A program made the position numbers and the translations under genes. From positions 10,771 to 74,770 of the forward strand of contig JANOQV010000240.1 in the NCBI GenBank assembly GCA_031414955.1: a DNA stretch of 64,000 bases. Direction: 5' to 3'. The DNA is from Pedosphaera sp. Its GTDB lineage: Bacteria > Verrucomicrobiota > Verrucomicrobiia > Limisphaerales > SIBH01. The first letter of the stretch is position 1. The number at the start of each line of letters is the position of its first letter. The notes beneath the pieces are model-generated. The model worked only from the letters and a program-made list of their open reading frames with translations, ran no database searches and had not been told where the DNA came from. Shown here one piece after another: positions 38,861-48,396 of the stretch.

Positions 38861-40417
38861 TCAACGCTTCAGCATGGAGCGAAGCACGGCCAGTTCGGAA
38901 CCCAGTATTTTCCTGCTCATCCCGGCCAGGACACCGGTGACGATCAGGAGCACGACGTAGGAAACCAGCAGGAGGCCGAGGTGCGAGAGGGATGATCCGG
39001 GCAGATAGAATTTCAGCACCCCGGCAGTCAGCACCACCGCCAGCGGCAGAAGCCAGCTCCGCGCCGACCATCGCGCCGCAGACAAGCCGAGATGCCGGCA
39101 CGCGTACCAGCCCAGCCACAGGCTCAAGATGGAGTGCGCGATCACGGTCGCCACGGCGACGCCCGTGATGGAACCAAGGCGCATGGAAACAATGGAAAGT
39201 AGGACGTTGATCAAGCCGGTGCAGATGATCACCAGCCCGCTCACTTTGATCCCTTTGTCGCCGCAACGCGTGGCGAGTTGAATGCCCGTGTCGCCGCCGG
39301 TGGCCACGGCGAGGTTGCAGGCGAAGGCTAGTTGCCACGCCAGCGGACCCTGGCTGTCCGCGCCCAGCCAGAAGCGGATGAACAGATCGTTCAGTGCGAG
39401 AAAGACCAGCGCCGCGCCGGTGCCAAGCATGATTTGAAACAGGTTCAGGCGACCGGCCTCCAGGAGCAGCCGCCGGCGATCCGCCTCTTCTTGGCTGGAA
39501 ATCCATTGCGTGATTTTCGGCAGGCTCACGAAGCTGGCGGAAAGAATCAGGATGACGGCCAGTTCACAGGCTTTGTAGTTCGCCGTGTACATGGGAATGA
39601 TTTCGGAACCGAACCCGGCTTTGAGCACCAGCCGGTCCGTGGTGTGGTAAATCACGCTGCCGAGAGTGCAGAGGTAAAGCCAGCCGCTCGTACGCGCCAG
39701 CATCCGCCACTGCGCGCGATCTATTTTCAGCGGCCACAGATCGCCCAGCCAAGGGTGCGACCATTTGAGCATCCGCCAGGCGAGCCAGCCGGACAAAATC
39801 GACGCGGCCAGGTAAGGCGTGGTTTGCAACCACAGCGGCGCGCCCGTCCGCGCCAGCAGCCAGTGCAGCAGGGGTGCGAGCAACGAGCCTATGATCAGCG
39901 ACGGCAGGATCGGCCAGGTCACCGTGCCGTGGGCGTAGTTCAAACTTTGGAAATAGCCGCCCAGGATCATGGCCGACGCGCTCGCCCCGCCCCAGAGGAA
40001 GAGCACAGTGTAGGAACCCGCGCCGGCCACGTTCTCGAACTCCAGCCAGCCCGGCAGCCACGGCGAGAGCACGGCGAAGAGCACAAAAAGCGCCGCCGCC
40101 AGAAGCAGAAACAGGGTGCGCGCCGCCGCCAGCAAGGCGCGCAGTTCCTCGTGCTCGCCGCGACCCAGCAGGAGTCCGCCTTTGATCGAGATGACGCCGG
40201 TGATGCCCAGATCGCCCAGGCCGCCGAGCCGGGCCACGGATTGGAAGACGAGGAACAGGCCGAAGAGCGCGGCCCCCATCGAATCGAGGAACAGCCGGAA
40301 AAAAAGCAGCGACAGTAGCGCGCCCGCCGCCATGGCGGCGGCGCGCAACAGAAAGGCCAGCCGCACGGAGGTCCGATCCGGCAGGAGCAGGGCGCGCAGT
40401 TTCCCAGTGGCGCTCAT
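38861..40417 (-). CDS. Polysaccharide flippase (Wzx/MOP family)
   Basis: Many TM helices; LGDLGI, TDRLVL and FIRFWLG motifs; last gene of the glycan operon. Confidence 0.8.
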   Translation of the reverse strand: MSATGKLRALLLPDRTSVRLAFLLRAAAMAAGALLSLLFFRLFLDSMGAALFGLFLVFQSVARLGGLGDLGITGVISIKGGLLLGRGEHEELRALLAAARTLFLLLAAALFVLFAVLSPWLPGWLEFENVAGAGSYTVLFLWGGASASAMILGGYFQSLNYAHGTVTWPILPSLIIGSLLAPLLHWLLARTGAPLWLQTTPYLAASILSGWLAWRMLKWSHPWLGDLWPLKIDRAQWRMLARTSGWLYLCTLGSVIYHTTDRLVLKAGFGSEIIPMYTANYKACELAVILILSASFVSLPKITQWISSQEEADRRRLLLEAGRLNLFQIMLGTGAALVFLALNDLFIRFWLGADSQGPLAWQLAFACNLAVATGGDTGIQLATRCGDKGIKVSGLVIICTGLINVLLSIVSMRLGSITGVAVATVIAHSILSLWLGWYACRHLGLSAARWSARSWLLPLAVVLTAGVLKFYLPGSSLSHLGLLLVSYVVLLIVTGVLAGMSRKILGSELAVLRSMLKR

Positions 40418-40419
40418 CG

Positions 40420-41223
40420 TCACTGGCCGCGCCCGCGGATTTCGCGTACCCACTGTCGCAGATATCCAAGGAGTGGAAATTGCCACCGCTCATGCCACGC
40501 CGTCAGGCCAAGGTCGCTGACGAACCGCAGTTTTTCCCGAAACGTCTGCCGCCGTTTGCCCGGCAGCGTGTCCGAGAAGCGCGCTGCGTGAATGAGAAAG
40601 TGGGCGCAGGCGCGCGGCACGCCGAAAGCCCCGTTGCGCGCGGCCAATTTGCAAAACAACAGGCTGTCCGCGCAAATCGGCAGGGTGGGTTCGTACCCGC
40701 CGGAGCGCAGGAAAGCCTCGCGCGTGTAGGCCGCCACACTGGGCGGACCGAACTGCATGCCGAAGCGCATCACCACGTCCTGCATCTCCTCGGGCGTGAA
40801 GAATCGCCCCGTCCACTTGCCGATGGTGGTCCGGGTTTCGTCCCCGCGATGATAATGATAGCCGCAATAGACGTAAGCGCAGCGCTGCTCGCCCGCCGCC
40901 ACCCCGCGCACGGTGGCGATGTAGTCCGGCTCCAGCGAGTCGCCCGCGAAGAGCGGTTTGAGCCAATCGGCCTGCGACTGGTAGTGCAGCCAGTTCCAGT
41001 GCTCGACGCGGCCCAGTTCCGACGGCGGCTGAATCTTCCGCGCGGCGATGCCCGCCGCCGCCAGCACCGTCAGCGCGTTGGAAATGTGTTCGTGGCCGGA
41101 TGTGGAAAAATTGTCGCTGACGAGCACGGAGAAATGCTTGTCCGTCTGCGCGACCAGCGAGGTGATCGTTTTCCCGAACACGTCGGTGGCGTTGCGCACC
41201 GGGATGAGCACTTCGAGCGTCAT
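40420..41223 (-). CDS. Glycosyltransferase family 2
   Basis: VLIPVRN, SLVAQT, VSDNFS, GRVEHWN. Confidence 0.88.
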   Translation of the reverse strand: MTLEVLIPVRNATDVFGKTITSLVAQTDKHFSVLVSDNFSTSGHEHISNALTVLAAAGIAARKIQPPSELGRVEHWNWLHYQSQADWLKPLFAGDSLEPDYIATVRGVAAGEQRCAYVYCGYHYHRGDETRTTIGKWTGRFFTPEEMQDVVMRFGMQFGPPSVAAYTREAFLRSGGYEPTLPICADSLLFCKLAARNGAFGVPRACAHFLIHAARFSDTLPGKRRQTFREKLRFVSDLGLTAWHERWQFPLLGYLRQWVREIRGRGQ

Positions 41224-41993
41224 GTCGAAGCAGGAATCCGGGCGCCGCAGTAGGAGGTGGTTTTGAAAAACTCCAAATCTTCCGGAATCCCCAGCCCGTA
41301 CATGCCGTCGTACTCGCGGCCCGTCTTCATGGTCACGACGTTGGCACACTCGGCAATCAGTTGGTTATAGGTGGGTGCCACGTAGAACTCGTTGTTTACG
41401 CGCAGATTGGCCGCGATCATCGCCTCGGCGGCGCGCACGTAGTCGCGACCGGCGCGGAAATTGTAGATGCCCACGGTCGCCTCGTTGCTCACCACCTGCT
41501 TCTCGACCACCTCGCTCACGGTGCCGTCGGGCCGCATCCGGCAATAGGACCACTTGGGATGATCGGACCAGAAGGTCATGATCAACCCCGCCACCTCGGG
41601 TGCGTCGCCAGCGGCGAGGTAATCGTCGATGTTCAAGTCTACGATTTGATCGCTGTTGGCGATCATGAGCGGGTCGGCGTTGTCGATGAGTCCCTTGGCG
41701 AGCAGGACCGTGCAGGCGGCGCCTTCCGTCACGGTCCTGACCGGAATGATTTCACATCCAGGGCAGAGCCGGCGGATTTCAGCGGGCACTTCCGGATACA
41801 ATTCGAGATGTTCGCCAAGACAGAGAAAGATGAAGCGGTGCGCGCGCCGGGGACGGATGTTCTCGATGACCCATTGAATCATGGGCCGGCCGCCCACGGG
41901 AATCAGAGGCTTGGGCGTGGTGAAGCCGGCCTGGGCGAAACGCGAGCCGCGCCCGGCCATCGGCACCACAATTTGCAGGGTGTTCAGTATCAT
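41220..41993 (-). CDS. BcbE-like sugar nucleotidyltransferase (paralogue 1)
   Basis: PMAGRGSRF, PKPLI, TEGAACTV, ANSDQ, EFYVAPTYN, LGIPED. Confidence 0.85.
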   Translation of the reverse strand: MILNTLQIVVPMAGRGSRFAQAGFTTPKPLIPVGGRPMIQWVIENIRPRRAHRFIFLCLGEHLELYPEVPAEIRRLCPGCEIIPVRTVTEGAACTVLLAKGLIDNADPLMIANSDQIVDLNIDDYLAAGDAPEVAGLIMTFWSDHPKWSYCRMRPDGTVSEVVEKQVVSNEATVGIYNFRAGRDYVRAAEAMIAANLRVNNEFYVAPTYNQLIAECANVVTMKTGREYDGMYGLGIPEDLEFFKTTSYCGARIPAST

Positions 41994-42034
41994 TTTCTTG
42001 TACCTTCCCGCCTGAATGCCAAGTCAGGCATTCA

Positions 42035-42724
42035 TCAAGATGAGGTTTGTTTCGCGAACCACATCCGCCGCAGCCCGCTACGGAACTGTTTAGAGTTCGT
42101 GACGGGCCAGTCGTAGGTGTGAAAGTCCCAGTTGCAACGCGCATCCGTGATTTGTGTGAAGGAGAATTTTTCTTCCTTGAGGACGCGCTCCAGAAAAGCA
42201 GGCGAAGGACGTGAGCCTTGCCCCACCAAGGATTGGTCGTATCTATACGCGTGTTCCTTCACGTTTACCACCAACTCTGGATCATCCGAGTCGGCGACCT
42301 CCGTCTCCAAGATCAAGTGCCGGCACCGTCGGCAGGCTGCACGCAACGCCGCTTCCGGATCGGGCAGATGGTAAAGGACTCCCATGTGAATGATGACATC
42401 GAACACTTCCTGACCGGGAAGGCCACTGCCCAGATCGTGCTGAATCGCTTTGAGGAAGGGATAGCGATTTCGAATCACCCGCACATTGGACATGCGACCT
42501 TCCAGGCAGGTCACGTCGGCTCCGAGGGCGGAGAGGGTGGCTCCAATCGCACCAAAGGCTGCCCCCACTTCCAGGACGGTCTTACCGTCGAAGAACCGGT
42601 GACCGTAGTGATCGAGCGTCGCCAAGATTCGTCGGGCCCGCCAGACGGAATAATGGCCTTCGAACTTCTGCTCGCCCAGTTGGCCGAGTTTCCACTGCAA
42701 ATATGTTTTGATTCCTAAACCCAT
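42035..42724 (-). CDS. Class I SAM-dependent methyltransferase
   Basis: VLEVGAAFG, LEGR, FDVIIHMGVLYHLPDP. Confidence 0.88.
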   Translation of the reverse strand: MGLGIKTYLQWKLGQLGEQKFEGHYSVWRARRILATLDHYGHRFFDGKTVLEVGAAFGAIGATLSALGADVTCLEGRMSNVRVIRNRYPFLKAIQHDLGSGLPGQEVFDVIIHMGVLYHLPDPEAALRAACRRCRHLILETEVADSDDPELVVNVKEHAYRYDQSLVGQGSRPSPAFLERVLKEEKFSFTQITDARCNWDFHTYDWPVTNSKQFRSGLRRMWFAKQTSS

Positions 42725-42922
42725 AGTGTCTTGGTTGGTTCGCCCGCTTGATTGAATCCGCACTCGGCGCGCGGAACGCAAGCATGGGGTGAAATGTTTT
42801 GGATGACCTTCTGCAATTCCATCCACTCCCCCTTCCGCAGGGTCGCCGGCCGGCCAGTCCGGGTAGGCTGCCAGTGCCACCCATTTGTCCTGAGAATGCT
42901 GATCCCGCTAGTCATGGGATGT

Positions 42923-43873
42923 TCAATCGGTTCTCCGCATCCAAAAGGAGGCCGGACGGGTCGAGCCTTGCGGCAACAACCGGTTGAGCGCCGCGCGATG
43001 ATCGATGGAGAGGTAGTAGACCGGCAGAATCACTTCCAGCGCGCGGCTGTGGGTCAGGAGACATTCGAGGGCGTATTGCTCGTTGAACGGGCGCAGATGA
43101 TCGAGCAGCCACTCGCTGGGGTAATCGTACGGAGTGAAGATGTCATGGACATGCACGAAGACGCCGGGCTTAAGGCTGGGAATGATTTCCAGCAGTTCAT
43201 AGACGCAGTCGCTCTGCGCCTTGACGATATGCGTGGTATCGATGAAGAGCACGTCGTTAGCTTCGAGGCTGGTGAACTCGGCCAGCGGGACGTCCTGGAT
43301 TTTCTTTTCGATGAAGCGGCCGGGCGGCGGATTGCGACGGATGGACTCGGAAGGATAAGGCTCGATGAAAACACAGTCGCAGGGATGCTGCTCGGCGGCG
43401 TTTTTCCGGCAGGCTGCGGCCGCCACGCGCGAACTGTTTCCGCATCCCACCTCGATCAATTTCCGCGGCTTCAAGGACCGCAGCATCGAGTAGTAAGTGA
43501 TCGCGTCGAAATCCTCGAAGCCTCCGTTGTGCAGCCAGAACTCCGCGCCGGGAGCCGGCTCCACCGGCGTGCCGGCAAACTCCCGGGCAAACGGCTCCAG
43601 CCGGGTCAGCCACTCCGAGAACACCTCCTGGCGAAGCAGAATGCCGGGCAGATTCCGCCGCTGGCGCAGCTTCGCCACGTCCACGTCGAAGCGCGTTGGG
43701 CTGGCGGATTCAAAACGATACGGCTCGACGTGGTAACCAAGGTCGTCTTGCACGCGGGGCTGCTGCCAGTAGCTCTTCAGGATTTGCCGGACGAGCGGCT
43801 TTGGTAGAACCCGAACCAGGCGGTTGGCCAACTGCCGGCCATGCAGGCGGAATGCATCCGAAAGATTGCTCAT
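42923..43873 (-). CDS. Class I SAM-dependent methyltransferase (Methyltransf_24-like)
   Basis: IEVGCGNSS, IEPYP, LFIDTTH, VHVHDIF, NEQY. Confidence 0.88.
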   Translation of the reverse strand: MSNLSDAFRLHGRQLANRLVRVLPKPLVRQILKSYWQQPRVQDDLGYHVEPYRFESASPTRFDVDVAKLRQRRNLPGILLRQEVFSEWLTRLEPFAREFAGTPVEPAPGAEFWLHNGGFEDFDAITYYSMLRSLKPRKLIEVGCGNSSRVAAAACRKNAAEQHPCDCVFIEPYPSESIRRNPPPGRFIEKKIQDVPLAEFTSLEANDVLFIDTTHIVKAQSDCVYELLEIIPSLKPGVFVHVHDIFTPYDYPSEWLLDHLRPFNEQYALECLLTHSRALEVILPVYYLSIDHRAALNRLLPQGSTRPASFWMRRTD

Positions 43874-44018
43874 TTTTTGAAATAAAGCGTGGTCGGACGG
43901 TCTTTGACAGACCGCGAACTGCGCTCAGCCAGGAAAATGACGATCGGCGGCTTACTCATTCAACACTTTATCGTTGTCCGGCGCGCTGAAGCTAATGTCA
44001 TGCAAAAACCACGGCAAA

Positions 44019-45215
44019 TCATTTTCCAGTCGTAGGCCCGGAACTGCGCCAACGCACCAGGAGCGCGTGGCCGGCGCGCAGGCACGGCTTTTCCACCAGC
44101 GAGTAAGCAGCCCAACTCCAAAGAAGGATCAGGCCCAACACCAGCGTCGGCACCACGACGAAGAGCACGACGCTGGTTTGCGGCAAACCAAGGCGATCGA
44201 GGTAGTGCAGGATGCGACCGATCAGGGGATGATGCCACAGATAAAACGAGTAGCTCCACACCCCCACCGGAACCAACCATCTTTCCCACCGGGCCAGCGG
44301 CGCGGTGCAATGAAGGCAGGCTTCCATCAAGCCGGCGAACATGAGCGATGCCAAGGTGAAGCTGAACACGCGAGCCGGCTGCCAAAGCGTCGCCGCCACG
44401 AACGCGACCCCCAACCACGGCGCGCTGCGGGTCAAGCCGGGCCAGCGCAAGCCCGCCGCCCATTTCTCGGCCAGCACCGCCCCCAGCATCCAATCGAACA
44501 GCAGAATCAGCGGAGAGCTCCACAACGCCTGGTTCTCCGGCTGGTTCCAGTCCTGCACCAGCGCTGCCACCAAACGCACCACCAGACTTAGGCCCAGCAC
44601 CGCCGCGAACGCCCCGCGCATTCCCCAGCGGCGACGCAACCACAACACGGCCGGATACAGGAGGTAAAATTGCCACTCAACCGCTAGACTCCAGAACACT
44701 GCGGCGATGGCCATGTGGGTCGCGGATGAAAAGTTGTGCCCGAGAAACACATGCAGCCAGAAGTTGGACGCCGAGGGTGCATTGCCGTGCCGTGCCTCCA
44801 GCCAGGAGAAGACAACCAGTGCTAGCAGGTAGGGCGGATAAATCCGCCAGAACCGCCGCCAAAAAAATTCCCGAACGAATTTGCCAAGAGCAATTCCACC
44901 AGGCGCGGCGCGCTCTTGTTTGAGGAACGAGCAATGAATGCAGAAGCCGCTGATGACAAAGAACAACGACACCCCAGACCAGCCGAGATACAAGGGATAC
45001 AGCCACCAAGCCGACATCCCCAAGCCGCTGACCGGTTTAACCCAGGATTCGTTCCACTTGAGATCAAATCCTCCGGACATGAAGGGCAGCGCGTGGCAGA
45101 AAAAAACCAGCAAAATCGCCACCGCACGCAGTACATCAATGCGGTCGAGATGTCCGAGGCGTGGCGCAAGAGTCGCGCTCACAGAACCTCCAGCTGCCTG
45201 ATGAGGAGAGATCAT
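44019..45215 (-). CDS. Acyltransferase-3 (OafA-like) membrane O-acyltransferase
   Basis: DVLRAVAILLV, GVSLFFVISGF, RRFWRIYPPY, WSLAVEWQFY, SYSFYLWH, VEKP. Confidence 0.93.
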   Translation of the reverse strand: MISPHQAAGGSVSATLAPRLGHLDRIDVLRAVAILLVFFCHALPFMSGGFDLKWNESWVKPVSGLGMSAWWLYPLYLGWSGVSLFFVISGFCIHCSFLKQERAAPGGIALGKFVREFFWRRFWRIYPPYLLALVVFSWLEARHGNAPSASNFWLHVFLGHNFSSATHMAIAAVFWSLAVEWQFYLLYPAVLWLRRRWGMRGAFAAVLGLSLVVRLVAALVQDWNQPENQALWSSPLILLFDWMLGAVLAEKWAAGLRWPGLTRSAPWLGVAFVAATLWQPARVFSFTLASLMFAGLMEACLHCTAPLARWERWLVPVGVWSYSFYLWHHPLIGRILHYLDRLGLPQTSVVLFVVVPTLVLGLILLWSWAAYSLVEKPCLRAGHALLVRWRSSGPTTGK

Positions 45216-45291
45216 GTCACAACCACCAAGGCACCAAGCGGCGAGTTCAGCAGGTTCGCGGTGCAGTGGAAAAACTCGCGTAAAATGCCGT

Positions 45292-46044
45292 TCACGCGGG
45301 CGAGTGACCAGCCGTGTGACCGGCGAATTCCTTGAGGAACAGCTCGTAATCCTCCGGCGTGCCGAGGCTGTGCATCGTGCCTTCCGGCAGGTGGTGCGTG
45401 GTGACGGTTTTGCCGTCGAGAATCAACTCGTTGTAAACCGGGCAGACGAAGAACTGCCCGCTGGTGCTGAGTCCTTTCAAAATCATCTTCTCCGCTGCCG
45501 CCATCAAATCACCAGCCCGGCGGAAGTAATAAAGTCCCGCCGTGGCCTGCTTGCTGATCGGGCGCTTCTCGGCGACGGCGGTGACCCGTCCGCGCTCGTC
45601 CGTCTTCGCGAATGACCAGCGCGGGTGGGTGGCGGTGAAAGTGAGTATGCAGCCGTCGATGTCCGGCTTCCGGCAGGCTGCGTAGAATCCGGCCAGGCCG
45701 GCATCAATGACCTGGTCACCGTTGGCCACCAGCACTTCATCCTCGAGTGCGATCTGATCCATCGCCAGCAGCACCGAACAGAGGGCGCCGGCGGTCTCGT
45801 TCTCCAGGGCGAGCACGCGCGAGTCCGGTGCGATGAGCCGCAGCATGTCGCCGAGGTAGAACTGGGTGACCTGTTCCTTGCGGCAGACGAAGGTAAAGCG
45901 GGCGGGCGCTGGCGGCGCGAGGTTTTTCAACACCAGCTCAACCATCGACTGATTGCCGATCTCGAGCAGCGGTTTGGGGAAAGTGTAGCCGCGCTCCTGG
46001 AAGCGCGTCGCTTTGCCGGCCATGGGAATGATGACTTGCAGCAT
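45292..46044 (-). CDS. BcbE-like sugar nucleotidyltransferase (paralogue 2)
   Basis: PMAGKATRF, PKPLL, TAGALCSV, ANGDQ, FFVCPVYN, LGTPED. Confidence 0.85.
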   Translation of the reverse strand: MLQVIIPMAGKATRFQERGYTFPKPLLEIGNQSMVELVLKNLAPPAPARFTFVCRKEQVTQFYLGDMLRLIAPDSRVLALENETAGALCSVLLAMDQIALEDEVLVANGDQVIDAGLAGFYAACRKPDIDGCILTFTATHPRWSFAKTDERGRVTAVAEKRPISKQATAGLYYFRRAGDLMAAAEKMILKGLSTSGQFFVCPVYNELILDGKTVTTHHLPEGTMHSLGTPEDYELFLKEFAGHTAGHSPA

Positions 46045-46048
46045 AGCG

Positions 46049-46669
46049 TTATCCGGCGCTTTCAATCGCGCGCCGCACGCGCGCGTAATCCACTTCGCCA
46101 AAACCGCTGACCTGGCAGACCAGCGCGCCGCTTTGCCGCGCGGCCTCCAGCCCGTGCGGCGCGTCCTCCACGATGATGGCCTCCGACGGTTTCACACCCA
46201 GCAATTCGCAGGCGCGCAGATACATCTCCGGATGCGGCTTGGCGTTCTTCACGTCCTCGTTGCTGAGGAGAAGATCAAACAAGTCGATGATGCCGCTGCC
46301 GCGCAGCATCAACTCGACGCTGTCACGGATGGAGTTGGAACAGACGGCCAGCTTGAAGCCATCGCGCTTGAGCTGGTGGATCATGAACTCCTTCTCGAAA
46401 ACCGGCGTGCAGCGGCGCAGGATTTCCTCGCGCGTGTACTTCTGTTTGATCTTGTTGACCAATGAATGCAGCCCACGCGGAAAGCCTTTCTCCACGGAAA
46501 GCATCTCCAGCTTCTGGCGCGTGGGCAGCCCGTTGTAGGTCGTGAGGTGCTCGTAGCGCGAAATGGTGTAGCCGAACAGGCCGAGCGCGCGGTTCAGCGC
46601 CTCGTAGTGCCATTCGGTGGCATCCACCAGCACTCCGTCGAGGTCGAAGAGAACGGCTTTAATCCTCAT
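46049..46669 (-). CDS. HAD-family phosphatase
   Basis: FDLDGVLVD, CSNS, KPHPEMY, IVED. Confidence 0.92.
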   Translation of the reverse strand: MRIKAVLFDLDGVLVDATEWHYEALNRALGLFGYTISRYEHLTTYNGLPTRQKLEMLSVEKGFPRGLHSLVNKIKQKYTREEILRRCTPVFEKEFMIHQLKRDGFKLAVCSNSIRDSVELMLRGSGIIDLFDLLLSNEDVKNAKPHPEMYLRACELLGVKPSEAIIVEDAPHGLEAARQSGALVCQVSGFGEVDYARVRRAIESAG

Positions 46670-47031
46670 CGCTTGCCTGAGGTCGGCGCGGCCCCGGCGG
46701 CTGGGTCGCAAAGATATTTGTCGCCCTTCACACACGGCAGCTTCACCACCACGGTCGTGACTTCGGTCACGGCCTCGAAGTCCGCCGCAGTGCCGGGAGG
46801 GATGCGGATAATCTCTCCCGCGTGCAAATCCTCGCCGTTCATGCGCGCGAGGCCGGACACAATCAGGGTGAGTTCCGTAGCCACGCGGTGAACGTGCTTC
46901 GGCTCGTGCGTTCCCGCCTGGTAGCGTTGCACCGCTACTTCGGCGGCGTCGGTCGGTATCAACGTGGGGGAAAAGTTCCCCACGAACCAGCCTCGCGTGA
47001 AGTCATCCAGCTTGTGTCGTTCCAGCGGCAT
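46666..47031 (-). CDS. Cupin-domain protein
   Basis: GWFVGNFSP, HVHRVATE, VVVKLPCVKGDKY. Confidence 0.8.
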   Translation of the reverse strand: MPLERHKLDDFTRGWFVGNFSPTLIPTDAAEVAVQRYQAGTHEPKHVHRVATELTLIVSGLARMNGEDLHAGEIIRIPPGTAADFEAVTEVTTVVVKLPCVKGDKYLCDPAAGAAPTSGKR

Positions 47032-47038
47032 CTTGTTT

Positions 47039-47725
47039 TCAACCAAAAAATTCCCGTGCTTCGAGGGCGTAATCTGTGCAAAGCCCGTCGATGTGCCAAT
47101 GCTTAAAATCCGCCCAGCGCTTTTTAGTGGTGGCACGGTCGAAGCCGTGAATCTCCGGCGAGATGATGTAAAAGAGCCGGCCGGCCGCCTGCACGGCGCG
47201 GACCTCGCGCTCGGTCAGCCAGAGCGAATCGAATTCATCGGCCCAGACGATCTCCGCCGGGATGCCGAGGCACTGCGTCAGGGTTTCCCCGCGATCGCTG
47301 AGCCGCGAGGCCAGCCTTACGGAGGCACCTCCAGGCAGCCTCCGGATTTTTTCCTGGGCCGCGCCCGGGGCCTCCGGCTCCAGCAGCTCGAAATCGAAAT
47401 AAAAGCCGCGTTCACCCAGACGACGGTCCTGGGCCAGCCGGAATAGCTCGGCCTCGTAGCCCAGTTCCTTCGCGTTAATGGCCAGTTCCGCGTTGGGGAA
47501 TTTGGCAAACAAGGCGCTGAAGTGCTCCAGGCAGTTGGCCGGCGTTCGGGGCACGGCATCATGGCTGATATAGAACCGGCCGGCCGGATCGCGGCGCAAA
47601 TCCGTCTCCAACCCGAAGCCCGCCTCCAAAGCGGCGGCGCACGCGGCCAAGGAATTCTCCTCCACGGACTTTGGCCCGGTCAGGTTGGCCCGATGGGCCA
47701 TGATGGTGATGGTGCAGCGGCGCAC
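47039..47725 (-). CDS. Glycerophosphodiester phosphodiesterase (GDPD/PI-PLC)-like protein
   Basis: AHRAN...ENS, GFGLETDLR, ISHD, INAK, ISPEIHG, GLCTD. Confidence 0.75.
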   Translation of the reverse strand: MRRCTITIMAHRANLTGPKSVEENSLAACAAALEAGFGLETDLRRDPAGRFYISHDAVPRTPANCLEHFSALFAKFPNAELAINAKELGYEAELFRLAQDRRLGERGFYFDFELLEPEAPGAAQEKIRRLPGGASVRLASRLSDRGETLTQCLGIPAEIVWADEFDSLWLTEREVRAVQAAGRLFYIISPEIHGFDRATTKKRWADFKHWHIDGLCTDYALEAREFFG

Positions 47726-47741
47726 GGCTTCGGCTGTTCGA

Positions 47742-47942
47742 TCAGAAGAGCGTGTAAATAAAGGGCGCGGCGGCCGTCGAGCCGAGAATAATCAGCACGC
47801 CGAAAGCCAGTAGGATCAGCACCAGCGGGAGGAGCCAGTACTTCTTGTTTTCCTTCAGCATGGCCAGGAACTCGCGCAGCAGGCCCGGGTCCTTCTCCTC
47901 GCCGGAGGCCTCGAAGGCCGTTTGCTTCTTCTCGTCTTGCAT
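47742..47942 (-). CDS. Small single-TM protein, DUF5989/SxtK-like, ending in FIYTLF
   Basis: ENKKYWLLP-hydrophobic helix-AAPFIYTLF*; downstream of the SxtJ-like gene. Confidence 0.85.
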   Translation of the reverse strand: MQDEKKQTAFEASGEEKDPGLLREFLAMLKENKKYWLLPLVLILLAFGVLIILGSTAAAPFIYTLF

Positions 47943-47953
47943 GGATTTCAGAA

Positions 47954-48391
47954 TCAAAACTGGCGGTAATAGCGCTTGGGATCAATCCCCTTCTCCGCGT
48001 CCCGCCAGTAGGTCGGCGTAGAGCGGTCGAACTTCCGGCGCAGCGGATCGCGTCCGGCCAGGCGCATGACGAGGCCCATCGGCGTCAGCAGCAGGTAATA
48101 AAACGCGGCGAAGAGGACGTTGCCCAGCACGATACCGACGCAGCAACCGAAGAAATACCAGACGGCGTAGAAGGGCCGGGCAATTTGCGGAACCAGCCAG
48201 AGCACCACGCCGACGGCCAGGCCGATCACGCCGAGCCAGAGGAAGAAGGGCTTCCAGCTTCCCGCCGTCAGGCGTGCGACGGTTCCCATGATCAGGGCGA
48301 TGACCGGGAAGCCGATGACGAGGCTGAGGGCGAATTTCTTCCGCTCGGCCCGGCCGGGGTTCCAGTTGACGTCTTTGAAGGGGTTGAGCAT
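47954..48391 (-). CDS. SxtJ family membrane protein
   Basis: RKKFAL, hydrophobic segments, FYYLLLTPMGLVMRLAGRDPL, TYW, YYRQF*. Confidence 0.88.
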   Translation of the reverse strand: MLNPFKDVNWNPGRAERKKFALSLVIGFPVIALIMGTVARLTAGSWKPFFLWLGVIGLAVGVVLWLVPQIARPFYAVWYFFGCCVGIVLGNVLFAAFYYLLLTPMGLVMRLAGRDPLRRKFDRSTPTYWRDAEKGIDPKRYYRQF

Positions 48392-48396
48392 GGGGA

